Source: Pecten maximus (lineage: Eukaryota). From it: a stretch of 64,000 nt of DNA. Positions within the stretch are counted from its first letter, which is position 1, and each line of letters opens with the position of its first letter. Below are positions 27,236-39,650 of the stretch, one piece after another. The notes under the pieces are model-generated. The model had not been told where the DNA came from. It searched no databases and was given only the letters and a program-made list of their open reading frames with translations. Location of the stretch: contig NC_047019.1 in the NCBI RefSeq assembly GCF_902652985.1, forward strand, positions 36,270,001 to 36,334,000, given 5' to 3'. Made by a program: the position numbers and the translations under genes.

Positions 27236-28240
27236 TGTTGTTATGGGGATATCTAATCCAATGAAATAAAATTGTTGTTAGAGGGATATCTAATCCAATG
27301 GAATAAAGTTGTTGTTAGAGGGATATCTAATCCAATGAAATAAAACTGTAATGCTGTCATTAGGGGGATATCTAATCCAATGAAATAAAATTGTTGTTAG
27401 GGGGGATATCTAATCAAATGAAATAAAGTTGTTGTTTGGTTTGGTTTGGTTTATTTTGTTTAACGTCCTATGAACAGCTAAGGTCATTTAAGGACGGCCT
27501 CCTGTGCGTGCGACATGCATGCATGTGGTGAGTGCGTATGTGTGTTTTGGGAGGCTGCGGTATGTTCGTGTTGTTAGGGGATATCTAATCCAATGAAATA
27601 AAGTTGTTAAATTGTCGTTAGGGGGATATCTAATCCAATGAAATAAAGTTGTTAAATTGTTGTTAGGGGGATATCAAATCCAATGGAATAAAGTTGTAAT
27701 GTTGTTGTTAGGGGGATATCTAATCCAATGAAATAAAGTTGTAAAGTTGTCGTTAGGGGGATATCTAATCCAATGGAATAAGATTGTAATGTTCTCATTA
27801 GGGGGATATCTAATCCAATGGAATAAAGTTGTTGTTAGGGGGGGGGGGGGGATATCTAATCCAATGGAATAAAGTTGTAAAGTTGTCGTTAGGGGGATAT
27901 CTAATCCAATGGAATTAAGTTGTAAAGTTGTCGTTAGGGGGATATCTAATCCAATGGAATAAAGTTGTAAAGTTGTTGTTAGGGGATATCTAATCCAATG
28001 GAATAAAGTTGTAAAGTTGTTGTTAGGGGATATCTAATCCAATGAAATAAAGTTGTTAAATTGTCGTTAGGGGGATATCTAATCCAATGAAATAAGTTGT
28101 AAAGTTGTTGTTAGGGGGATATCTAATCCAATGAAATAAGTTGTAAAGTTGTTGTTAGGGGATATCTAATCCAATGAAATAAAGTTGTAAAGTTGTTGTT
28201 AGGGGATATCTAATCCAATGGAATAAAGTTGTAAAGTTGT
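27236..28240. repeat. 37-46-bp minisatellite, about 20 copies, interrupted by a SINE
   Basis: Unit (g)gggatatctaatccaatg(a/g)aataaagttgtaaagttgttgtta. One G-run is expanded at 27838-27851. Confidence 0.93.
27437..27569 (-). mobile_element. 5'-truncated SINE (3' end of the family at 38.6-39.1 kb) inserted in a minisatellite
   Basis: Reverse complement acgaacataccgcagcctcccaaaacacacatacgcactcaccacatgcatgcatgtcgcacgcacaggaggccgtccttaaatgaccttagctgttcataggacgttaaacaaaataaaccaaacc matches about 38959-39088. Confidence 0.88.
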
Positions 28241-28678
28241 GCCATCTATTTCCCCCTGACCTATTTCTACACAAGTTTTGTAAACTATGACAAACATTCT
28301 TTGAAATTTATTCTTGAGGAATTTTGTTTGCGGTGTAAATGTTGACTGTAGTAATTGGTTTGTACCTAAATTGGATACCTGTATGGGGGATAGAGGAAAA
28401 TTGAATGAATATGTCATCTACTCGTCCTATTGTTAGTCTGACCTTCACTGTTGTGTAGTATCAAGTGAAAAGTGAGTTCCTATTACAAAGTCTATTACTA
28501 CTAAGACCTCCTCAGTTATTGAAAAGACCTATTTGAATAGAAATACTTCAGATTATTTCATTGATAAGTAAATAAGGAAAACATATTAAGGGATATACAT
28601 ATGTATTTTGTTCAGGTTTTAATACCATTTTTAATGGGTTTCATGCTAATTTGAAAGCATATACGCAATGTATATAAT

Positions 28679-29460
28679 TACCCCAGTAGTGACCAGCGTT
28701 CCTCTTTCCCCTACCCCAGTAGTGACCAGCGTTCCTCTTACCCCTACCCCAGTAGAGGTCAAGGTTTCTCTTACCCCTACCCCAGTAGTGACCAGCGTTC
28801 CTCTTACTCCTACCCCAGTAGTGACCAGCGTTTCTCTTACCCCTACCCCAGTAGTGACTAGCGTTTCTCTTACCCCTACTCCAGTAGTGACCAGCGTTCC
28901 TCTTACCCCTACCCCAGTAGTGACCAGCGTTCCTCTTACCCCTACCCCAGTAGTGACCAGCGTTCCTCTTACCCCTACCCCAGTAGTGACCAGCGTTCCT
29001 CTTACCCCTACCCCAGTAGTGACCAGCGTTCCTCTTACCCCTACTCCAGTAGTGACCAGCGTTCCTCTTACCCCTACTCCAGTAGTGACCAACGCTCCTC
29101 TTACCCCTACCCCAGTAGTGACCAGCGTTCCTCTTACCCCTACCCCAGTAGTGACCAGCGTTCCTCTTACCCCCACCCCAGTAGTGACCAACGCTCCTCT
29201 TACCCCTACCCCAGTAGTGACCAGCGTTCCTCTTACCCCTACCCCAGTAGTGACCAGCGTTCCTCTTACCCCTACTCCAGTAGTGACCAGCGTTCCTCTT
29301 ACCCCTACCCCAGTAGTGACCAGCGTTCCTCTTACCCCTACCCCAGTAGTGACCAGCGTTCCTCTTACCCCTACCCCAGTAGTGACCAACGTTCCTCTTA
29401 CCCCTACCCCAGTAGTGACCAACGCTCCTCTTACCCCTACCTTAGTAGAGGTCAAGGTTA
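28679..29460. repeat. 33-bp minisatellite, about 23 copies, stop-free in one frame on each strand
   Basis: Unit taccccagtagtgaccagcgttcctcttacccc. Reads TPVVTSVPLTP on + and GVRGTLVTTGV on -. Confidence 0.95.
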
Positions 29461-29562
29461 CTCGTATTTCTACCCCTGTATAGATCAAGGATACTCTACT
29501 CAGACAACCTGCTTCTTCATCATTAGATCTCTGGGGCAAGTTTTCATTGACCATCCTACTTA

Positions 29563-29915
29563 TACCCCTGTAGAGGTCAAGGTTATTCTGATTATCCTAT
29601 TTCTATTTATAGAGAGAGTTCAATATTACACATGTATCCTACTAGTTTAAACAAAGCTATAAACATACAATCCTTTTGCCTATATATAGAGGTCATATTG
29701 GCAGTCCTATATCTACCCCTGTAGAGGTCAAGGTTATTCTGATAATCCTATTTCTATATATAGAGAGAGTTCAATATTACACATGTATCCTACTAGTTTA
29801 AACAAAGCTATAAACATACAATCGTTTTGCCTATATATATAGAGGTCATATTGGCAGTCCTATATCTACCCCTGTAGAGGTCAAGATTATTCTGACAATC
29901 CTATTTCTATTTCTA
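29563..29915. repeat. ~152-bp tandem repeat, about 2.3 copies
   Basis: tacccctgtagaggtcaaggttattctga... starts at 29563, 29714 and 29867. Confidence 0.88.
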
Positions 29916-32271
29916 TATCTTTATAGAGGTCAAGGTTACACGTACCATCTGTCACCTGTATAGAGGTCAAGACCGACATTCCTCCTTATACAGGGGTCAA
30001 AGTTACACTAATATTTTGGCCCTGTTGAGGTATATGAAAAAAAGTATTTAACATTACAAAGCTTATTTTAGAAATAGCAGATATGTTGTTTTAGTAAATT
30101 ATTTTTGTTCTTGAAATATGCTGTGATTTTCTAAAGTAAGTGATTGAATGCTACATTTAGCCCAATTATGTTTAGCTAGTAGGTTTTGTGACACATTTAA
30201 TGGAGCATGTCGGTAAGTGTGGTTATTAGCTTGCTACGGTTCATCTACCTTAATGGTTTACTAGCAGTTTACCTTAGCTTTACAGCTGTGTAATACATGT
30301 TCATTCACTGTACCATTTACTTCAATATCAAATACATGTCTGCACTAAACCTATAATAAATTCCCTTTGTGTTTCCTTTGATCTTTTTATCTAGATCCTA
30401 TGTTGAAATATTTATAGTGTGAAAATTACATTTTAATTATTTACCATAAGTCATGAACAGTCTATCAAAATTTAAACTTTTATATTAAATTTCAATTAAT
30501 TTATAAATTCTTTGATCTTGATTGTAAAATTAAAATATTTGTGTAATTTTTTTTGAATAAAGGACATTATTTGAAATATATGTGCTGAAAAACTGCCTTT
30601 GATTGAAAGTGTTTTTTGTACTCGAGTGAAAACTAATTTGGAAAGTTTAGTTAAGTTATTCAAAAAACTTATGTTATTTTTTTATCAAAATAAGACTTAA
30701 TAGAAGAAAGGTGTTGATAAACATCAGTAGATATACAGATAGAGTGGGCTTCAAATATTCTCAGGCTACTTGCTAAATATTCTGTGGCCTTCAAATTCTC
30801 AGGGTACCTGCTAAGAAATCTGTTGGCCTCCTATTATCGGGGTACCTGCTAAGTATTATTTTGCTATAGAAAGATTGAAAAGGAATGTACAGGACGATTT
30901 TATTAGGACCTTATATTAATATACAAAAATGTATTAAAAATACCATTATTTTTGTACAGTGTTTGTATGAAAACTTCAGCCTCAGCATCAAGTTGTACAC
31001 ATCTTCTGACCAGTGGTAACTTTTACCTTAAATAACCATGCCAATTTGTATGTATTGTGTGTCCTGCCACTGGTCCTGTCACTTAGAGAGGTTAAAGTTC
31101 GTTGGTACTGTACAAATGTGATGGGGGGGTCATGATTAGGACATAACGACCAGAGAGAGGATCAGTAACCACCAGGGCCGTGTTTACTCAGGGATCAGGT
31201 GGACTTCAGGACAGGAGTCGAGGGGTGAAATGGCTGGGAAATAAAACCTGTTTATAAAGTTAATAACAGTTAACGTTGTCATTTCTATGTCATAAGTTAA
31301 AATTGGTTTGTCACAATATCAGTGGGGACAGCTCTGATATCTTGGTCCCCACCACTGGGGTGATTAATCTTGACACTTCTTCCCTGATGGCCAAGATTGT
31401 TGTATGATTGTCAACACATTCCTTCCATGATACCTACAAACCAACAGTGTACAAAAAATACCATCTCATGACAAATTCCACTGTGGGCAATTCAAGAGAA
31501 TTTCATTTGATTTAATGTAATATGGAATTTAAAAACATCTAAGGTAATTTGATGAATAATGGATTCAATGTCTCCTTGGTGGATTAGATTTGATTCAATT
31601 TTCTTTTTTGTATTCAATGAAATGCGTCCAATAAAAGGCCTGATTGTGGTCTTTACTCTATGGGTGATACACTAGTATGGCTACACTGACTAATGTTATA
31701 TTGATTGTTGAATGTTGGCTTGAAAATTACAGATAAGGAGAAGTAAAATTTCCAAAGTGATATCATCAATGACAAACCTGACCCCAGGATCAGTTGTTTC
31801 ATGAATCTGTAGTCTGAATTACAGATGACAAGTTTTGAAATACTATACACATCTGCAAGAGTTATTCCCCTTTGATAGCTATTGGTGTTTACATGCATGT
31901 TTTAATTTAAAAAAGATTAAAACTGGAAGTTGAATATGGCAGTGTATGGCAATTTTGTTTTCCTATTCTTTATATAATCCAAAGCATTTGCAGTGAAATC
32001 CTTATGAGAGACGATGGCTATTAGACCATTAGTCCTCTTAAGTTTGGTGCTAAATAAGTATTGGATTTAAAGAAAATTCTTTTTACTTAGTAATTTTTTT
32101 CAGATTCTATCATGATTGGATAAGGAATGTTGGTGAAACTGGGGCCGCTCATGATCTAACCGTTACTTACCTTGTGGTGTAATTGAAATAATATCTGTAC
32201 ACAAAATTCATATTTCAGAACAAACCAGTTTTGTATTGAAATAACAATAAGTATATATTTGTATGTTTCAG

Positions 32272-32519
32272 GCTACCTGACAAGTACTCTCTTTACCTTT
32301 GAGAATTCTGCTTGTGATGGAGAAAAGTTACACCTCAACTGTCCACCCAGCACTATGATCACGATTCAGTCAGCTGAGTATGGCCGCAAGGTCCCAAGTT
32401 ACCAAATGTGTCCTGCGGATGACAAGGCAGAGGATTCTAGTGCTATTGGTGGGGATCTGGGGGAACACATGTGGTTCCATCAGGAAGATACCAACTGCCT
32501 AGCTACCACTTCTTTTAGG
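32272..32519 (+). CDS. EVA1C: Internal coding exon of an EVA1C / eva-1 homolog: N-terminal part of the first SUEL (rhamnose/galactose-binding lectin) domain
   Basis: Acceptor tgtttcag|GC at 32271/32272 (phase 1); donor AGG|gtgagt at 32519/32520 (phase 0). Translation (G)YLTSTLFTFENSACDGEKLHLNCPPSTMITIQSAEYGRKVPSYQMC...EDTNCLATTSFR contains the SUEL ACDG-L-L-CP and A-YGR motifs and aligns by eye with vertebrate EVA1C as recalled (GYLT...ACDG..LNLQCP..STISVQSAFYG..YQMC...TCVAATTFQ). Confidence 0.9.
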
Positions 32520-33419
32520 GTGAGTAAAGCTCAAGGGTAGAGAATCGAAGGAGCCACATGTGGTTCTGAATGACAGCCAGAGTTCGGATCACAGTATAAG
32601 AATTGTGAAATGATTTTAGGAGTCCATTTCAGAGCAGCAGTAGTCCTGAGGGGTTAAGGGGTCTCAGAGCCACATGTGGTGTGTGTAGGCTCTTCATTAT
32701 TCACCATTGGAAGCAGGCCTCAGGGTCCTAAAGACTTTAATATTATTTGAAGAGTCAACTCATGCAATCTGGAAAAGATTTAAAATAGAAATGACATGTC
32801 TTGTTAATAATACTATGGATTCAACCTCTAAGATTATTTCAGGTGATATCAAAATTCTCTATAAGCTCTTGTAAAGTAGACCTGCCAAAAATGGTGATAT
32901 GGAAAATTTAAAGATAAATCCTAGCTATCTGATATTGGAGATGTAATTGTTAGTAAATACCTGATTAAAGCAATCTTACACTGTAAATTGGTCTAAAATA
33001 TAAACCATATGACACCACCAGTAATGTTATTGTGGTCAGATTTGAAATCAAGTGCAGAATACTTTACTTTTTAACTGATTTATAGATTAAACAGCGGAGT
33101 TGAAAGCTCAAAGTGTATCCATGTCAGTACGGTGTTGTGTGTGCAAGTGGTACACATCTAAGTGCTAGGCCCAGCCTGGTGGTACCCTGACAAACATGTT
33201 AGCTCATTTTCCAACATTTAGATATCATCAAGTACAGAAAAAAATTTAGTCAAGGTCATGACCTTGGTGGAGATTGATGAGAATTCATCAAACACAACTA
33301 ACTGTAGGGTTTAAGTTAGGTAAGATGTATATGAGTTTCAGAGGTAGGGCTGGTTAGGTAACTGACACAAGGTTTTTAACCACAGACCAGTGTTTCTTTC
33401 ATTAAAACATATAATTACA

Positions 33420-33690
33420 TCAGATTGAGATAGCAGGTAGAGATTAGATGATGAAATAGTGATTGTAAGGAACATTTCTGATTGGAGCAAATTAAATGAT
33501 AAATTGGTAATGTTAGCTAGAACATTCCTGATTGGTGCATATGAAATGATGAAAACAGTGATGATAGAGCATTTCTAATTGGAGCAGATTACAAATTAAT
33601 GATGAAACAGTGATGATGTCCAAACATTTCTGTTTTGAGCAGGTAGAGATTCAATGATGAAATAGTAGTGTTACATCATTTCTGGTTGAT
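33420..33690. repeat. Degenerate ~50-bp tandem repeat
   Basis: Recurring acatttctgattggagca...atgatgaaa(c/t)agtgat, about 5 diverged copies. Confidence 0.55.
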
Positions 33691-35108
33691 TGTGATCATG
33701 ATAAGTGTTTGACATTGGTTTATTAAGTAAAACTGAACCAACGAAGATGCGTCATTCTTTTAATAATGAAGAAAAGTAGAAGTATTGCTTCCAGAGGATT
33801 TTGTTTATCCTTAAATGTAATCACAGTCCAAAATCTTATTCCTAATAAAGCCCTCCTTATTACCTATTGCCGGTGGTGGTAGAGTCTGTGTTATAATAAC
33901 ATGGTCATACAGTATAATGCTACTTTATTCCTCAAGGCTCAATTCAGAAAGAAAACTGTTAAATTTTGTTCACTTGCATAAAAACCTAACTGATACCCAC
34001 TGTTTTATTTCCATACATTCCAATGTTACATATCGGTGACTAAGATTATGTTTCTGTGGCCCTGTAAACACCTGACAATTATCCAGAACTATTACTTGTG
34101 ATTCCCCCTTTATCAGGCTCACCCCGACAGGTGCTCCTACTCACAGTCAAAATACTACCCCACAAAGCCTCATCACAACCAACTTCAGACAAAAAATTAG
34201 GAAATAAGCATTGAATTACTTGGGAAAATCTTCTGCGGAATCTAACATCGGAGTCTGGGATTATGTTACATAGCAACGCTGTCATCCCTTAATGATGTTT
34301 TTACATTTTATAGACTATTGTTCTGGACCCTACCTTATATTATAGGATGTGGAATATTATTTCCTGGGTGAAGGATGGTGATGTGTATCGCAATATTTTT
34401 CAACATTAAAAACCTTTCTTAAAATTTCTCACTGAACATCGACAGTGGTTTCTTGGTTGTGGTTACTCTAGATCGGGTATAGCTAAGGAGTTAAAATTGC
34501 TCAATGAACACCACCAGTGCTTTCTTGGTTGTGGTTACTCTGGTAACTAAAAGTTTGAACTTCTCACTGCTGATACAGGTTTCCAGATTATTTTAATACA
34601 GGTAAACCAATGACCGATTTCTAAAACATTCTATAACTTCTCTGCGTACTTTCAAACATTCTGGACTCCAACACTAACATACTAGGGGGTACATACCTAA
34701 CAGGGACTGACATCACCCTTAGTTAACGGATAAATATGTAGAAATATTACACCACAATTCTGGCACCTCGAGTCCTTAAGTCACTTGTGTCTTTATGGTG
34801 ATTATTGCTTGCACAAATATGAAATCAATCTACTCAAAATTGATGTCTGAAGTTTAACAGACTTTGATGTTGAATGTTTCTGGGATTAGGTAGCTTTTGA
34901 ACTTGATATATCATACTGTGAACAAAGTTATAAGGTCACTCAAATTCCATTATTTGTTTACATAGAAAAGATAAATAAAGTTATTAGATATTAGTGACTC
35001 TATGAAGGAGCTGTTCATAATATTCTGTGACTTAATTTGACAAACAGGATGTCATCAAATACTTTTCATCAGAGAATAAGGATTTTATCAAATATAGTGT
35101 TCCAGGGT

Positions 35109-35337
35109 TTGGTTTGTTTTGGTTTGTTTTTGTTTAACGTCCTATTAACAGCCAGGGTCATTTAAGGACATGCCAGGTTTTGGAGGTGGAGGAAAGCCGG
35201 AGTACCCGGAGAAAAACCACCGGCCTACGGTCAGTACCTGGCAACTGCCCCACGTAGGTTTCGAACTCGCAACCCAGTGGTGGAGGGCTAGTGTTAAAGT
35301 GTCGGGACACCTAAACCACTCGGCCACCGCAGCCCCC
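35109..35337 (-). mobile_element. Young full-length tRNA-derived SINE (V-domain-like) with a 14-bp target-site duplication
   Basis: TSD tagtgttccagggt at 35095-35108 and 35338-35351. Minus strand: gggggctgcggtggccgagtggttt (A box), gagttcgaaacc (B box), ggtttttctccgggtactccggctttcctcc core, and a tail ending in (caaac)n. Confidence 0.93.
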
Positions 35338-35520
35338 TAGTGTTCCAGGGTATAATATCATGTAATGAAGTTGTTGAGGATTCTTTCTACAATTGATTTT
35401 AATATCAAACATTGTGTTCAAAAGCATAATGATGTCATAAAATAGTATCTCCCATCAGATAAGGTGTTCCAGTGAATTATTATGACATCAGATATTGTCC
35501 TGCAGAGAATAATGTGTCAT

Positions 35521-35718
35521 GATTTCTCTGTCACATGCCGAGAGTTGGTTGAGAGGTTAGCGATTTCTCTGTCACATGCCGAGGGTTGGTTGAGAGGTTA
35601 GCGATTTCTCTGTCACATGCCGAGGGTTGGTTGAGAGGTTAGCGATTTCTCTGTCACATGCCGAGGATTGGTTGAGAGGTTAGGAATTTCTCTGTCACAT
35701 GCCGAGGGTTGGTTGAGA
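35521..35718. repeat. 41-bp tandem repeat, 5 copies
   Basis: gatttctctgtcacatgccgagggttggttgagaggttagc at 35521, 35562, 35603, 35644 and 35685. Confidence 0.92.
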
Positions 35719-36079
35719 ATATTGCCCCCCTGGTTAGATATTTCGCTGTCACACCATTCCTAGGTTTGGAGAAGATTAAAGTGGCTTAAAGCCAATCACA
35801 ATTGCATGCTTCAGAAAATTCAATTGATGCAGTTCACTTATAACAAACAATTTCTTAAAACTAAATATTTAGAAGCTTCATTAAGTGGATTTTAGAAATT
35901 TTGAACAGTAAAAAATAATTACTTATAATTGATGTCTAAAAGGGACCAAAGTTCTGAGTCCTCCTCAAACCTCACATGTCAAATACATTGTACATTTTGA
36001 TTAAAACTAATGGTAGGTAGTAATTGTTATAATTCTGTCTCAAAAATGTGATGTAATAATAAGGGCCTGTATCGTAAAT

Positions 36080-36690
36080 CACTGTCTGTCCACAAATTTT
36101 GTTTTGGGCTGATCACAGGTACATTTTGTTATGATATTATAAAGCAAATTTAGTTGGAATTATGCAAAAGTCAGCTGCCTAAAGGTCCAGTTCACTGGGT
36201 CAGAGGTCAAGGTCACATTTTATATCTTTTACTGATGAACTTTTTGTTATGACATTATGAAGATAGTTGGTCAGAATTACACAATGAATCAACAGTGACC
36301 AAACATCAAGGTCACTAGCAGTCAGAGGTCAAGGTCACATTTTATATCTTTTACTGATGAACTTTTTATTATGACACTATGAAGATTGTTGATCAGAATT
36401 GCACAATGAATCAACAGTGACCAAACATCAAGGTCACTGGTCAGAGGTCAAGGTCAATTTTTTATATATTTTCATTTAGTAATGAAACAGAGTTGCTTAA
36501 AATCAAACCAGGAGTCAGCTGACTAAAGATCAAAGTCACTGGATCAGAGGCTTAGGTTACATTTTGTATCTTTTTTTTTCTGGTGAATATTTTGTTATGA
36601 CATTATATTAGGAAGCAGATTTGGTGAGAATTAAACAGGAGTCAGTTGACCAAAGGTCAAGTTCACATGCTCAAAGGGCAAGGACAAAGT
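36080..36690 (+). repeat. Degenerate ~120-bp tandem repeat rich in aggtcaaggtca; probable decayed HINE-type element
   Basis: cagaggtcaaggtca at 36201, 36323 and 36442, with diverged copies near 36545 and 36670. Preceded by a ctgtctgtcc microsatellite remnant. Confidence 0.6.
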
Positions 36691-38089
36691 GGACTGACTA
36701 AGACCCTGGCTCTGAGAGGGGAAGGTATTTGACTTTAAGAATATTAAACAAAACAAATTACTGTTATATATATTTTCGTTTTCCGTTAGCCCACCAAATA
36801 TGGAAGTGGATGGAAATAAATATCCCCTTATAGTACATGTTTAATGTATTATTTTGATTCCTTCCAATTGTTTTTGAAGTTGAATGTCAAATGTCAACCT
36901 CATCTATATGCATTTCTTGATGATCAGAGGAGATATATATTGCCACACGATGGTGCCCCTTGCTGACTTGTCAATGTTCTAGTTATAACTGTAGATATCA
37001 AATAATGAGTATGATAAATAAAAAATGTAATTGCTATCTTGGGGTAAAATTAAAGAGAAAATAGTGAGTTGCAGGGGTATTAGTCATGTAAAGAATGATT
37101 GCCAATCTTTCCCACCGACCTGTGATGTCTTTTACATGTTAATTTATAGGTGTTGGACATGTCTTCTGTAACATTACTCAACAGGTGGGTGGATACAGGT
37201 GAGTGAAATACTGACAACCTGTGTCCTATACCAGGTAAACGAACCATCTCACCTGGCCGCCGACTGTTTGATGTTACCTCCCCTACACTAGATCGCGGCC
37301 CCAGAAAGGAAAAACTCAACCTTGTAAATGCACTTTTACAGAAAAAAAGAAAGAAAAACAATCTAATATTTCAGGTTATAAAACTGTTTGACTACATGCA
37401 CAGGTGGACCTGATAAATAAAGTGATGATACTCGTTTAGAATCCTGTTTGGAGATAATATCTATCGCTGGCCTGTCTCATTTAACATGCTGGTTTAATGA
37501 CACAATGGAGAAGATTTCAGATAAATGTGTTATTCTTAATTCATGTCAAATTTTATCTAAAGTGATTGCTATCAAAGACATTTTTTATTGATCATAAAAT
37601 CCTGCTTGAAAGTCTATTACTCTTGTAAATGCATGACAGGATACATATATTGCTTGTCATTTAAAAGTTACGTTCTTTCAAAATTTATCAGAAATTATTC
37701 GTAGGTTACGTAATTCACATTATTTTATTACTATGTTCAAGCATTTTAGTAAATTATCACAAATAGGATCCTGTTATATTGAGGGAAAGAGTAAGAAAAC
37801 CGGATGTTTGTTTATAAGGTGATAAATGATTGTGAACTTTACAAACTAACATTGTGAACATCGTACCTGTACCTTATAAATCATTGACTGGGTATAGGAA
37901 ACTGTTATTGATACTGTGTAGGTGTGTAGAACTATACAGGACGTACACACAAATCTGATCCCAAACATTTTATGGGAACTAGGAAATTACTACACCAGTC
38001 ATACAGGTGTCAGTGATTTACCTTGTAAAAATCAGCCATTGCATAATTGTGTGGATTTAGGTGTAATGCTATCCTTTGATGTTAGGATA

Positions 38090-38580
38090 TTAGTCCCCTA
38101 CTGGTGAAATCAGGGGCTGGACTATAGTTTTCCTGTCTGTCCGTCTTTGTACGTTCATACAACACTAATGATTTTGAGTGCTTCACAAAAATACAAAGTA
38201 TCATACCAGTAATATCTCTGACAAGTCACAAAAATACAAAGTATCATACCAGTAATATCTCTGACAAGTCACAAAAATACAAAGTATCATACCAGTTATA
38301 TCTCTGACAAGTCACAAAAATACAAAGTATCATACCAGTAATATCGCTGACAAGTTTGATTTTCAGGGTTGGTGAGGTCAAGGAAACTATTACTATTTGT
38401 TTAGAAAATTCCACTTTCACTTTAAAAAAAGTCCATGGTCAAAATAATAGCATTGCAATTTCTTGTTACATTAAAATCAGTTACAAGCTAATTGTATACA
38501 TTTCATTTCCCTAAGTTAACACCAAAGGGCACCATATTTCATTACAATATAACAGCTAGCAGGGAAGGTAGGGGACATAT
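38090..38580 (+). mobile_element. Decayed non-autonomous Helentron/HINE-like element containing a 43-bp tandem repeat (4 copies, 38184-38355)
   Basis: 5' ttagtcccctactggtgaaatcaggggctggactata stem-loop followed by ctgtctgtccgtc. 3' gtaggggac near 38568 is the inverted match of gtcccctac. Internal unit cacaaaaatacaaagtatcataccagtaatatctctgacaagt. Confidence 0.62.
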
Positions 38581-38587
38581 AATACTT

Positions 38588-39088
38588 AGGTAGGGTCTAA
38601 GAATTGTACCTGCTGCCCCCATTGCATAAAATCTTATCTTTTCTCTTCTTTTTGAATAACTTACTTCTTCCTAATGTCTCCCTTGACAATGCCTCACTCT
38701 TGGCCATCAGTTGAGCGTTCGGCGCTGTGAGGAAGGTTTTGGGTTCTGTCTGCTGGCCGAGATATACCAGAGTCTTTACAAATGGTAGTCACTACCCCTG
38801 CTTAGCGCTCAGCATTTTGGGAGTGGGAATGCTGGTTTGTCCGTTGTCAGTATAATGTGACCAGGTTGGGTGTCCTGCTGAGTGTCTTCGGCAGTATTCT
38901 TCAGTGAGATAGCACTTTAAATCGGCAAAAGTTTCGGAATATCACAAGGAGACTTTACACGAACATACATCAGCCTCCCAAAACACACATATGCACTCAC
39001 CACACGCATGCATGTTGCACGCACGAGAGGCCATTTCTAAATGACCTTAGCTGTTAAAAGGACGTTAAACAAATAAAACCAAACCAAA
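38588..39088 (+). mobile_element. Long SINE with a Meta-domain-like core; 5' boundary uncertain
   Basis: Degenerate tRNA-like part at 38701-38760. Core ccagagtctttacaaatggtagt...cctgcttagcgctcagca resembles the MetaSINE domain as recalled. Tail aaatgaccttagctgttaaaaggacgttaaacaaataaaaccaaaccaaa. Partial copies at 27437 and 52749. Confidence 0.8.
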
Positions 39089-39650
39089 TCATGGAGATAT
39101 TTCTTAGTGCAAATTTGATATGAAGTTAATTGTTCTAGGTCACTTAGATAAAATATTTTGGTAAAAAAAACATGTTATTTTCACAGATCAATTAGATAAT
39201 GTTTTTGTTTCCATTATTTTTATTAATTCTTTATCATAAAATAACTTCTAGTACCAACATTTATAAGCCCCTAGCATTTTTACTGAATTATTGATTTCAA
39301 AATAGTAACGGAAAGCTAAAAGTGGTTCACAAAAAAGCCATCTCCAAACTTAAATACTTAACTTTTACACTAGTGGGTGATTTGAGGATAAATGTGGTAC
39401 ATGTACTTGTGAAGCGGAAGGCATAAACAAATTTTTCAATGAGTTTGCCCAGGGAACCATACAGACATAATATATGGAGCAGGTCATATCTATAAATAAC
39501 AGCTATTTTGAATCCTGGATGATGTAGTTTTTGGTATATCAATCGATCATGCATAACACATATTTTGAATTCATTAAAGTATTTCATCATATTAAAATCT
39601 ATTGAAATACATACCAGGAAATAGATAACTTTGAAATGTGACTCTGTTTT

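Noticed and set aside
35109-35337. Functional tRNA gene
   Set aside because: A and B boxes are present but followed by a SINE core, tail and TSD, and there is no proper cloverleaf.
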